A DNA stretch of 32,000 bases from Clostridia bacterium (GCA_017453045.1 JAFTKX010000047.1:7357-39356), one strand, 5' to 3'. Shown: positions 15,160 to 23,071, counted from the first letter of the stretch. The notes: a model not told the origin generated them from the letters alone. Numbers and translations: made by a program.

Positions 15160-16704
15160 TTATAAAATTTCAAGATTCTTTTTAAATATTCTTCTAAAAT
15201 CGAAAGATGCCGAAAGCGCGTCTTTAATTTCAAGCGACGCGTCGCCTTCAACTTCGGTTTTCATAATAACCGAATCGCCCAACACGTCGCAATTTATCGT
15301 TTGAACGCAAGACGACATACTTCTATCTAAACTCTCCGCTATTCTAAGCATTATGCCGAGTTTTCTTATAGAATCGACGTCTTCTTCGGTTATGTACGCC
15401 TTATAACGAGCGAGTTCGTTCATTGAGAAATCGTCGCCTTTATAAACCGACGCAACGAGCGAAGCCATAACCCTTTCGCGACTGGTCATACCGTAAATAC
15501 TTGCGTTCATAATTATGTACGCCGTATGCTTTTGATAGTCGTAATATTTTATCGAAGTGCCCGCGTCGTGAAGCATTGCGACTACTTTTAAAATTTTGAG
15601 ATACTGCCTTGGGAATTTATGCAATACCCTAAGTTGCTTGAAAAGTTGTACCGAAAGGTTTACTACGTGTTCAACGTGCTTTGCGTTACAATCGTAATAT
15701 CTAACCAAAGTTTGCAAACTGTAAGTTAAAACGTCGGTAATAGGCTTTTCGATAGTAGTAGGCATTGCGTAGTTAAACATAATACCTTCTCTAAGTCCGC
15801 ATCCCGAAATAACCATTTGGTCAAAATTCATATACTTGATAAAACTGCTTATAGCGGCGAGAGCCGACGGCAATATATCCGCTCTCGACGAAGATACGCC
15901 CTTAATTCTCTTTTTCTTATCAAGGTCTAAAACTTTGAGCATATTGTAAATATTCTCAAATTCGTCGAGTTCGATGCGATAATTATGAATAGTGTTAAGC
16001 GGGCTCTTTCTCATCATCTTGCTGATTTTGCAAAGACTTCTACAAGATCCGCCGACGCCGATTAGTTGAGTTTCGGGATCAATGTCTTTAAGCCACTCTA
16101 TTCTCTTTAACTGTTCGGTGAAAAACTCCTCGATTTTTAACGCTTGTTCTTCAGGCGATAAACCGTCGCTTGCAAAAAGTTCGGTTAAAGTTACCGCGCC
16201 GAACGGCAACGTTTCGTAATTTAAAAGATTCTTTCTGTTATAGCGAACGATTTTCGTACTACCGCCACCGATTTCAAAAATTATACCCTTGGGTATATCC
16301 ATCGTGTTTATTACGCCTTTATAAACGTACATCGCTTCTTCTTCGGCGGTTAAAACGCGAAGTTTGATACCGCAAGTAGTTGCGACTTCTTCTAAAAAAC
16401 TCCTTTGGTTTTTTGCTCTACGAACGGCTGCCGTCGCTACCGCTATAATTTTTTCGATACCGTGCGCGTCGCAAAGTTTTCTGAACATTCTAAGCGTTTT
16501 TAAAGTTTCGGTAATTCTTTGGGGCTTTAAAAACCCGTCCCTTTCCATATCTTTTCCGATTCTTACGCTCTCTTTAAGTTGGTCGACGACGATAAAATGC
16601 CCGTCCCCAAGCATTTCAACGATAACGAGCCTTGCGGTATTTGAGCCTAAATCAATAATTCCAATTTTTTCCAATTCAACACCTCTTTGAGTATATCTTA
16701 ACAA
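15160..16704 (-). CDS. ppx: Ppx/GppA-family exopolyphosphatase with C-terminal HD domain
   Basis: IIDLGSNTARLVIVE and EIGGGSTK are ASKHA motifs, and LHDAG is the HD region. The likely true start is the TTG at 16674, preceded by AGAGGTG. Confidence 0.9.
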   Translation of the reverse strand: MLRYTQRGVELEKIGIIDLGSNTARLVIVEMLGDGHFIVVDQLKESVRIGKDMERDGFLKPQRITETLKTLRMFRKLCDAHGIEKIIAVATAAVRRAKNQRSFLEEVATTCGIKLRVLTAEEEAMYVYKGVINTMDIPKGIIFEIGGGSTKIVRYNRKNLLNYETLPFGAVTLTELFASDGLSPEEQALKIEEFFTEQLKRIEWLKDIDPETQLIGVGGSCRSLCKISKMMRKSPLNTIHNYRIELDEFENIYNMLKVLDLDKKKRIKGVSSSRADILPSALAAISSFIKYMNFDQMVISGCGLREGIMFNYAMPTTIEKPITDVLTYSLQTLVRYYDCNAKHVEHVVNLSVQLFKQLRVLHKFPRQYLKILKVVAMLHDAGTSIKYYDYQKHTAYIIMNASIYGMTSRERVMASLVASVYKGDDFSMNELARYKAYITEEDVDSIRKLGIMLRIAESLDRSMSSCVQTINCDVLGDSVIMKTEVEGDASLEIKDALSASFDFRRIFKKNLEIL

Positions 16705-16870
16705 TACTAACGCATTATGATTTTCGCATAAATAATATCACAGTTTTAAAGTTTTGAAAAGCCCCTTTAAACCTTTTTGTGCAAACTTCTATCTTTATTG
16801 TGCAATTTGCTTTTATATAAGTTCACACTTATATAGTATACAACCAAACTTTTGGAATTTCAATAGGTTT

Positions 16871-17284
16871 TTAAATTTTTTCGGTATGCTTTTTTACTTT
16901 TTTATTCGTGAAAAAACTCTCTATCTTTTTAGAAAATAATTGAAATAAAGCGAGCAAAACCAAAAACGCGCCGAACAGTCTTTTTAATAAACTGCCCGAT
17001 ATTGAAAGAGCGAAAAAACTGCCCGCAAGCGAACAAAAAAGCGCGGGTAAAATTATCCATAAAAGTCCTTTAGTCTGCACCCTTTTATTTTTTAAGTGAA
17101 TTATCAAAGAAAGGATTGCCATCGGGATAAAAGCGACTAAATTGACGGCTTGCGCGCCTATTTGGTCAACGCCGAAAAACACGGTGAGCGCAGGTATTAG
17201 TAGCGCTCCGCCACCCATCCCCATACCGCCGAGAACACCTGCAAAAACTCCGCAAACGGCGAGAAGAATAATTTTCCATATCAT
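16871..17284 (-). CDS. TSUP (TauE/SafE, DUF81) family permease, half-size 4-TMS unit (C-terminal-half equivalent)
   Basis: 137 aa and hydrophobic, with GGMGMGGGALLIPAL, the family signature. Its start overlaps the upstream stop (ATGA at 17281-17284). Confidence 0.8.
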   Translation of the reverse strand: MIWKIILLAVCGVFAGVLGGMGMGGGALLIPALTVFFGVDQIGAQAVNLVAFIPMAILSLIIHLKNKRVQTKGLLWIILPALFCSLAGSFFALSISGSLLKRLFGAFLVLLALFQLFSKKIESFFTNKKVKKHTEKI

Positions 17285-17649
17285 AATACTAACGCTTTCA
17301 CCCCCGCCACGAGCATAACTAACGAGAAAATTTTAGTAAGCCAATCGGCGCTGAGTTTACCAAGCAACCACGCGCCTATAATTCCGCCTAAAACCACGCC
17401 CACAAGCGACGGAACGCCGACTTTGAAATCAAATTTTCCGCTTAAAAAATAGACGAGCGCGCTAATAAGCGTTATCGGCAGTATTACCGCAAGCGCGGTT
17501 GCGTGGGCGGTTTTAGTTTTAATCTTAAGTAGATAAATCATAAGCGGAACTACTATCATACCCCCACCGCCACCGAAAAAGCCGTTGGCAAGCCCCGTTA
17601 AAGCCCCCGTTATCGCCATATACCCCTTTTGTTTGATACTATTCTCCAT
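17281..17649 (-). CDS. TSUP (TauE/SafE, DUF81) family permease, half-size 4-TMS unit (N-terminal-half equivalent)
   Basis: 122 aa with GFFGGGGGMIVVPLM signature. The RBS AGGAGA lies 6 nt upstream of the ATG. Confidence 0.8.
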   Translation of the reverse strand: MENSIKQKGYMAITGALTGLANGFFGGGGGMIVVPLMIYLLKIKTKTAHATALAVILPITLISALVYFLSGKFDFKVGVPSLVGVVLGGIIGAWLLGKLSADWLTKIFSLVMLVAGVKALVL

Positions 17650-17844
17650 TTCATCTCTCCTTTTTACTAAATTTTAAAGAAAAATACGGCTATAAGTCGA
17701 TTTTCAATCTTTTTTAGCCGACGAAAATAAAAACTTTGAACGTTTTTCTAAAAAAGTATGTCCACTTTCAAAAAAATAAATAAGCGCGCGCGAAAAACTT
17801 TTACTATATATTATAAATTTTTATATTTATAAGGCTTAAAAAAA

Positions 17845-17873
17845 TTGCATTTAGCCAAAAAATATTGTATAAT
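17845..17873 (+). promoter_or_regulatory. sigma-A promoter of the 939-aa surface protein gene
   Basis: TTGCAT (17845-17850), 17 nt, TATAAT (17868-17873) with TG immediately upstream. Confidence 0.55.
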
Positions 17874-17913
17874 GTAAAGGATTAAAAATTCACATTTGCA
17901 AAAAAGGTGACTT

Positions 17914-20733
17914 ATGAACAAAATTGAAAGCAAATTTAACTTTAAAACGTTTATCACGTTTTTAACCGTGCTCGTTCTCGCGCTTTCGTTAGCGTTTGCA
18001 ACGGCGTGTAACAAATCCGGCTCGTCCGAAAGCGAATCGGATTCTACTTCCGAATCTGAATCTACTTCCGAAACGGTAACCGACGAGCAAACTTTAAAAA
18101 ACGGCGACTTTGAATTTACTTCGGGTAAAAACACTTCAAAGCCCAACACCGCAACCAGTTGGACTATTAGATCCGACGGCGCGGACGAAGGCTACTCGAC
18201 GGGTACTTCTTCAAGTTACGTTTTAATAGATACCGAAGACGAAGCGTTCGACGCTCTCGGTAGCGATTACAAATACTCAACTACCGAAGGAGAAGATACG
18301 GTTTTCCACAACCCAAGAACTCCTTTCTATAACGAAGAAGCCGAAGACAAAGGCTTAGTTGACGACGATAAGACCGAAGCAAACGAAGCAGGTACGAAAG
18401 TAATGATGCTCCGTAACAAAGACTACTCGGCTCAATACGCAACGTCTTCTACCACTCTTTCGGTTCCGTCCGGTCAATACGCTACCGTTTCGATTTGGGT
18501 TAAAACTCTTGGCGTTGAAGGTAAACTCGGCAACACCGAAGTCGGCGCTTACATCAAGTTGAAACACAACGTTGTAGACGTAAACAACGATAACGAAGCG
18601 TATTCTCCACTCCTTATCAACAACATTAATACCGAAGGCAAGTGGGTTAAATTCGTTATTTATCTCGCTCCAAACCAACATAGAGCAACTTCTTATACTC
18701 TCGTTTTAGGTTTTGGCGAAGGCAATAGCGTTTACACCGAAAATCACGTTAAGGGCTTTGCATTTTTTGATAACGCAGGTTTCTCTTTAATTAAGCCTAC
18801 CGACCTTCCGTCTTCCGTCGACACTCCTACTCTTGCTAACAACTCTACGATAAGCGTAAGCGGAGTTGACTTCGGAACGGATAACACCTATACGGTAGGT
18901 TACGACCTTACGTCTTCAAACCCAATAAACAATCTCGACGTTCAAACGGGTTCTGACGGCGTTTGGAACGCTGTTAACCCATACACCGAAGGCAACAAGG
19001 TTAAAGAAGACGCAAGCAAAGTTACCGTTAGCGCAGACGAAGTAAAGATTGACTTTAGCGGTTTTGGCAATATCGGTTCTTCTTATACTCATAAAGTACA
19101 AACGTCAACCCTTCTTCCACATTCGTTCGTAAGAATTTCTTTCTTAGCGAAAGTTACCACCGAAGATTATCAAACTGGCGCGACTTTGGCTATTTACGAC
19201 GTATTAAAAGGCGAAGTTGTTGCAAGTTTCGACAACGTTAACACTAACGATTACGAAAACGAATATACCGACGGTTTTGCAAGATATACTTTCTACGTAG
19301 CAAACAATTTCGTTGACGCTACCGACGTAATGCAATATCAATTACAACTTTCTTACGGTCCTACCGAAAAAGTTACAAGCACTAACGTATTACCTACCGG
19401 AACTGCTATCTTTAAAGGTTTTGAATTAGAAGAATTATCGTCTGAAGAAGAATATACTTCGGCAACCGCCGACGATTACGTTAAGAAAGTTGCTCTTACC
19501 GGAAATTACGAAAACGACTACACCGAAGACGAAGAAGAAACTACCGATACTTCAAACGACACTTATTCGATAACCGTAAGCGGTATGAATCAAGTAAACC
19601 TTGAAAACGGTTTAGTTATTCCTGTTGAAGAACTCTCGTCCGTATCTCTTACCACAAACGCTCCAAACGGCGCGTTCGGTTTAGCAAACAGCGCTTACTA
19701 CACTACCGACGACGGAGTTAAAGCCGCTCTTAATCACTTAAAAGGTAAAATCAAAAACGACAATAAACACGTTCAAGCGCTCGTATTAAACGCTAACGGA
19801 ACGGAATATTACGTTTCTGGTAAAACCGTTACTATTCCTAAAAACACGACTTACAGTTTCTCTATTAAAGTATACGCTCACAGCGGTAACGCTTTCGTTC
19901 GCTTGGTTGACGTAGACAAATCTAACGCAGACAATCAACACGTTGTATTTACCGCTCTTAACGATAAGGCTGTAAAGACTACCGTTACTAACGCTGACTG
20001 CGCAAGATTTGAAGACGGTTACGCTATCGTTACCTACGTTATCACTACCGGCGCTGAATCGTTCGACCTTAAGTTTGAATTCGGTTCTAACGGCGTTGCA
20101 GTATTCGACACCTTAAACTGCGGTACTTTGAATACTACTTATACTTCTGCCGAAGCGTTTATGGACAATTTCTACGCAGGCGATGCAGACGCAGTATTTA
20201 CTTTTGACACCGACTCTGTCGTTCCTGAAATTTATTTCTACGCAGACGAAGCAGACGTTGGACAAGAAGATTTACGCCTTAAAGACGACGACGGCAACGT
20301 TAGAGTTGAAGAAGGCGAAGAAACTACCGTATACGCTCTTGGTAAAGCAAACGATACCGCAACCGAGTACTTTGCTCAATACTATAGATTTGACACGGAC
20401 GACCTTTACCAAATCGACGCTGGCGACGAAGAAGAAACCACTTCGGAATCCACTTCGGAATCTGAATCAGTTTCGGAATCTACGACTGAAACTCAACAAT
20501 ACGGATGGCTTCAAGTTACTTCGATTATCGTTGCTCTCGTATTAGTTGCAGCGCTTATTGCAGTAGTCGTTAGAAAATCTTTTGAAGGAAAATCAAGAAA
20601 GAAGAAGAATACTGAAAAGTATTATCAAGGTTACGACAAGTCAACAAGACGTACGGTTAAAAACGACGTAGCAGTTCCTGATGCAGAAGATACTGCAAAA
20701 GATTACGACTACGACAACCCGGATAATAACTAA
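17914..20733 (+). CDS. large acidic cell-surface protein: N-terminal lipoprotein signal, Ser/Glu-rich linkers, repeated CBM-like beta-sandwich-type regions, C-terminal TM anchor with basic tail
   Basis: 939 aa. It has the lipobox LAFATAC. SESESDSTSESESTSE (N-terminal) and TSESTSESESVSESTTE (C-terminal) are the linkers. LKNGDFEF...W is typical of CBM_4_9-like modules. IIVALVLVAALIAVVV-RKSFEGKSRKKK forms the C-terminal anchor. Confidence 0.85.
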   Translation: MNKIESKFNFKTFITFLTVLVLALSLAFATACNKSGSSESESDSTSESESTSETVTDEQTLKNGDFEFTSGKNTSKPNTATSWTIRSDGADEGYSTGTSSSYVLIDTEDEAFDALGSDYKYSTTEGEDTVFHNPRTPFYNEEAEDKGLVDDDKTEANEAGTKVMMLRNKDYSAQYATSSTTLSVPSGQYATVSIWVKTLGVEGKLGNTEVGAYIKLKHNVVDVNNDNEAYSPLLINNINTEGKWVKFVIYLAPNQHRATSYTLVLGFGEGNSVYTENHVKGFAFFDNAGFSLIKPTDLPSSVDTPTLANNSTISVSGVDFGTDNTYTVGYDLTSSNPINNLDVQTGSDGVWNAVNPYTEGNKVKEDASKVTVSADEVKIDFSGFGNIGSSYTHKVQTSTLLPHSFVRISFLAKVTTEDYQTGATLAIYDVLKGEVVASFDNVNTNDYENEYTDGFARYTFYVANNFVDATDVMQYQLQLSYGPTEKVTSTNVLPTGTAIFKGFELEELSSEEEYTSATADDYVKKVALTGNYENDYTEDEEETTDTSNDTYSITVSGMNQVNLENGLVIPVEELSSVSLTTNAPNGAFGLANSAYYTTDDGVKAALNHLKGKIKNDNKHVQALVLNANGTEYYVSGKTVTIPKNTTYSFSIKVYAHSGNAFVRLVDVDKSNADNQHVVFTALNDKAVKTTVTNADCARFEDGYAIVTYVITTGAESFDLKFEFGSNGVAVFDTLNCGTLNTTYTSAEAFMDNFYAGDADAVFTFDTDSVVPEIYFYADEADVGQEDLRLKDDDGNVRVEEGEETTVYALGKANDTATEYFAQYYRFDTDDLYQIDAGDEEETTSESTSESESVSESTTETQQYGWLQVTSIIVALVLVAALIAVVVRKSFEGKSRKKKNTEKYYQGYDKSTRRTVKNDVAVPDAEDTAKDYDYDNPDNN

Positions 20734-20743
20734 TTAAAAATTT

Positions 20744-20773
20744 AAGCCCACGGCGACGCCGTGGGCTTTTTTT
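20744..20773. terminator. bidirectional rho-independent terminator
   Basis: AAGCCCACGGCG-acg-CCGTGGGCTTTTTTT. A second hairpin ACGGCGAGCACTT...AAGTGCTCGCCGT lies at 20774-20808. Confidence 0.8.
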
Positions 20774-20814
20774 ACGGCGAGCACTTTGCTTTGACAAGTG
20801 CTCGCCGTCAAATT

Positions 20815-21339
20815 TTATTTAGTTTTCGATAATAAAAATATCTTTTCAAGCGGATAGAAAAACAGCGGTACGGTTACCGAAACGCATACGACTTGACTTA
20901 CCATAACGGGAATAGATTGAACGAAATAAATATTCGCCGCGCTTGAAGAAAGCGAGAATAAAAGAACGTTTAATAAATTGTCTATAAGCGTAAACAATAC
21001 CGTAAGTACGGCGCTACACACCGTCAAAACGAGTATTTTAAACCAAACTTTTTTATCCTTTACCATCGCTCCTAAAACGCCTACGGCGACGGCAAAAAGA
21101 TTGTAATAAATTAAGTATAATAATATTACCTGCGGAAAAAAACCAAAGATAAAACATCTTATAAGAGAAAACGCCGTAGCCACGATTACACCGTTTAAAA
21201 CGCCGAAAACAAAGCAATAAACGGCGAAAATCGCAGTTACTATTTCCACTCCGCTAACCGCCGATAGAGCCAACTGTCCGCCTATTAATAGGGCGACCGT
21301 TATTCCCGCAAACGCAATTTCTTTAGCAGTTTTTATCAT
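20815..21339 (-). CDS. ECF-transporter S-component-like integral membrane protein (putative cobalamin-family substrate capture)
   Basis: 174 aa with ~5-6 TM helices. It is translationally coupled (ATGA at 21336-21339) to the DUF4430 lipoprotein under a cobalamin riboswitch. Confidence 0.55.
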   Translation of the reverse strand: MIKTAKEIAFAGITVALLIGGQLALSAVSGVEIVTAIFAVYCFVFGVLNGVIVATAFSLIRCFIFGFFPQVILLYLIYYNLFAVAVGVLGAMVKDKKVWFKILVLTVCSAVLTVLFTLIDNLLNVLLFSLSSSAANIYFVQSIPVMVSQVVCVSVTVPLFFYPLEKIFLLSKTK

Positions 21340-21749
21340 TGAAACGTAACGTAACTCCAGACGTATGTTTTTCCGTCTTTAATAACAAGACTTTCCGCGC
21401 CAAGCACAGCCGAAGAATAGGTCTTTTCGTCTACGACTACTTCTCCCCACGCTTTGTTAGACAATTCCGCGTCGTCCGTGTAAAGCATCCAGTACGAGTT
21501 ATCCGTGTTTTTGACGCCGTTCATTTCGGTTATCATACCGTTTGATATTACAAAATCAATTTGCCCGTCAGACTTCAATTCGTTCATATAATCAAGCAAA
21601 ACTGTATCGTCTTTAATATCCATAAATTTTGAATCGGCAGTAATAACGATTGAATTTTCAAAAGTTTGAACTTGTTTTTTGCAACCGAATAGACAAGACG
21701 CGGTTACGACAAGCAATAAAATTGCTATGAGTTTGTTAAAATTTTTCAT
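21336..21749 (-). CDS. DUF4430 (transcobalamin-like C-terminal domain) lipoprotein
   Basis: 137 aa with the lipobox CLFGC. The domain pattern LLDYMNELKSDGQIDF...GMITEMNGVKN...YWMLYTDD is typical of DUF4430. It is the first gene after the B12 riboswitch. Confidence 0.75.
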   Translation of the reverse strand: MKNFNKLIAILLLVVTASCLFGCKKQVQTFENSIVITADSKFMDIKDDTVLLDYMNELKSDGQIDFVISNGMITEMNGVKNTDNSYWMLYTDDAELSNKAWGEVVVDEKTYSSAVLGAESLVIKDGKTYVWSYVTFQ

Positions 21750-21930
21750 AATAATTCTCCTTTGTGATTTTTAATTAAGGCGACGTTGTAGCATCCGACT
21801 GATAAAATTTAAAGGGTTAGATACGAGGTAGGCAAGGCTCACTTTAAGGCACAAGACACAATAGACCTTGTCGGTCATTGTGATTTGGGGCTTAAAGTAG
21901 AAACAAAGCATACCGAAGTATATAAGCCTT

Positions 21931-21964
21931 TAAATAAAAAAGCCTGCGCAATTGAGCGCAAGCC
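21931..21964 (-). terminator. intrinsic terminator of the riboswitch expression platform
   Basis: Minus strand reads GGCTTGCGC-tcaat-TGCGCAGGC followed by TTTTTTATTT. The G-U pair works only on the minus strand. The 3' arm GCAGGCT is also complementary to AGCCTGC of the B12 box. Confidence 0.7.
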
Positions 21965-21989
21965 AAAATAAACGATATTTTTATCGTTT

Positions 21990-22125
21990 GCTTCTCCATT
22001 TGCCCAAGAAATTATTTCGGTTACGGCAGGCTATCCGACTTTACGGTAATGGCTGTTGCGACGGATTTACACCGTTCTTCCCCTGCTCTCTGCTTTGCTT
22101 TGCAAAACAACTCGTAACTATATTC
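21990..22125 (-). promoter_or_regulatory. cobalamin (B12) riboswitch aptamer
   Basis: Minus strand reads ...CAGGGGAAGAACGGTGTAAATCCGTCGCAACAGCC...GTAAAGTCGGATAGCCTGCC. The GGTG-AAATCC core is at 22063-22073 and the B12 box at 22026-22042. Downstream genes are cobalamin-linked families. Confidence 0.8.
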
Positions 22126-22135
22126 TATTAAGCGT

Positions 22136-22164
22136 ATTATACCACTTAAGATTGTTTTTGTCAA
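22136..22164 (-). promoter_or_regulatory. consensus sigma-A promoter driving the riboswitch operon
   Basis: Minus strand reads TTGACA (22159-22164), 17 nt, TGgTATAAT (-10 at 22136-22141). Confidence 0.7.
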
Positions 22165-22180
22165 AGATTATATATAAAAA

Positions 22181-22213
22181 CGCGCCTTAAAAGTGGAAAC
22201 TTTTAAGGCGCGT
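22181..22213 (-). terminator. terminator after the YjzC-like mini-gene
   Basis: GCGCCTTAAAAGT-ggaa-ACTTTTAAGGCGC: a 13-bp perfect stem, followed on the minus strand by GTTTTTATAT. Confidence 0.75.
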
Positions 22214-22222
22214 TTCTCTTTG

Positions 22223-22378
22223 TTATTCTTCTAACTGATAACAGTATTCAGAACTTTGCGTTGGGGGCATTCTGTTGCCCTTTTGCACTTGTACAGTACC
22301 GATTTTATTACCTTTACCGTCCAAAATAGCGTAAGTTCCAGTTCTTGGCGCGTTGTCGCCCGGATTAAGTTTGGTCAT
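22223..22378 (-). CDS. YjzC-like small protein (51 aa), absent from the supplied ORF track
   Basis: The RBS AGGAGGTGG lies 5 nt upstream of the ATG (22376-22378). Translation is MTKLNPGDNAPRTGTYAILDGKGNKIGTVQVQKGNRMPPTQSSEYCYQLEE. The PG-D-x-AP-x-x-G-x-Y ... KG-x-x-x-PPT pattern matches the YjzC family as I recall it. It has its own terminator. Confidence 0.65.
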   Translation of the reverse strand: MTKLNPGDNAPRTGTYAILDGKGNKIGTVQVQKGNRMPPTQSSEYCYQLEE

Positions 22379-22420
22379 AAATCCACCTCCTGTGAAAATT
22401 ATTGACCTTTCCTTTTGATT

Positions 22421-23011
22421 TTATACGTTATCGAAATCAAGTTCGTCCAAAGTTTTTTCAAAAGACGGCAAAATGTTTTCAATAAAATATTCTACGCTTT
22501 TAAGCCCCGTGTTTTCCAACGTTTTGCCTATCGTTATTTTAGCCTTTTCAAATTCTTTGTTTCCGCATTTGAGTTCGTCGATACATTTAATATACGCCGA
22601 CAACTTATCCGCCGCCTTCATAATTTTATATTCAACGCTTTTTTCGTCTGAAATTACGAATTCGGTATAAGCGTCTTTAAGTTCTAAAGGAAGTTTTGCC
22701 AAAAGTTTTTCTTCGGCTTGCCTTTCTAAATCTTTATAGGCGGAATTGATTTGGGAGTTAAAATATTTGATAGGAGTTGGCAAATCGCCCGTTATAACTT
22801 CGCCCGTTTCGTGATAAATCGCATAACTAATGACCTTGTATTCGTCAACTTTTCCGCCGTAAATCTTATTTTCAATTAAAGCGAGAGCGTGGGCTATTAC
22901 CGCAACGTCCCAACTGTGTTCTTTAATATTTTCGTCTACCGTAGAACGCATAAGCGCCCAACGTTTTATATATTTCATTCTACTTAAATATGCAAAAAAA
23001 TCGTATTCCAT
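22421..23011 (-). CDS. yfbR: YfbR-like HD-domain 5'-deoxynucleotidase
   Basis: FFAYLSRMKYIKRWALMRS...ENIKEHSWDVAVIAHALA...HETGEVITGDLPTP. The start is chosen at the ATG at 23011, preceded by GGTGG; the tracked ORF extends to 23035. Confidence 0.85.
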   Translation of the reverse strand: MEYDFFAYLSRMKYIKRWALMRSTVDENIKEHSWDVAVIAHALALIENKIYGGKVDEYKVISYAIYHETGEVITGDLPTPIKYFNSQINSAYKDLERQAEEKLLAKLPLELKDAYTEFVISDEKSVEYKIMKAADKLSAYIKCIDELKCGNKEFEKAKITIGKTLENTGLKSVEYFIENILPSFEKTLDELDFDNV

Positions 23012-23071
23012 AAATAACCACCGTAGATAAAACAAGCCACACGGAAAGTGTGGCTTCGTTTAATTTTAGAT

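Noticed and set aside
17811-18149. 112-aa minus-strand ORF overlapping the promoter and 5' end of the 939-aa gene
   Set aside because: It runs antisense through a well-formed promoter, RBS and signal-peptide region. Its sequence mirrors the SESESD linker, so it is an artefact of low-complexity DNA. The same applies to 18355-18681, 18916-19101 and 20183-20545.
18030-20480. Repetitive TCNGAA/TCCGAA nucleotide runs at ~18030-18070 and ~20440-20480, considered as a possible tandem repeat or CRISPR-like array
   Set aside because: They encode in-frame Ser/Glu/Thr linkers of the surface protein. There is no repeat-spacer periodicity, and no CRISPR array occurs anywhere in the window.
21793-21800. 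Second AGTCGGAT octamer, considered as the B12 box of a tandem second cobalamin riboswitch
   Set aside because: The surrounding sequence lacks the GGTG-AAATCC core and the CCTGCC end of the B12 box. It is kept only as part of the unexplained-leader observation.
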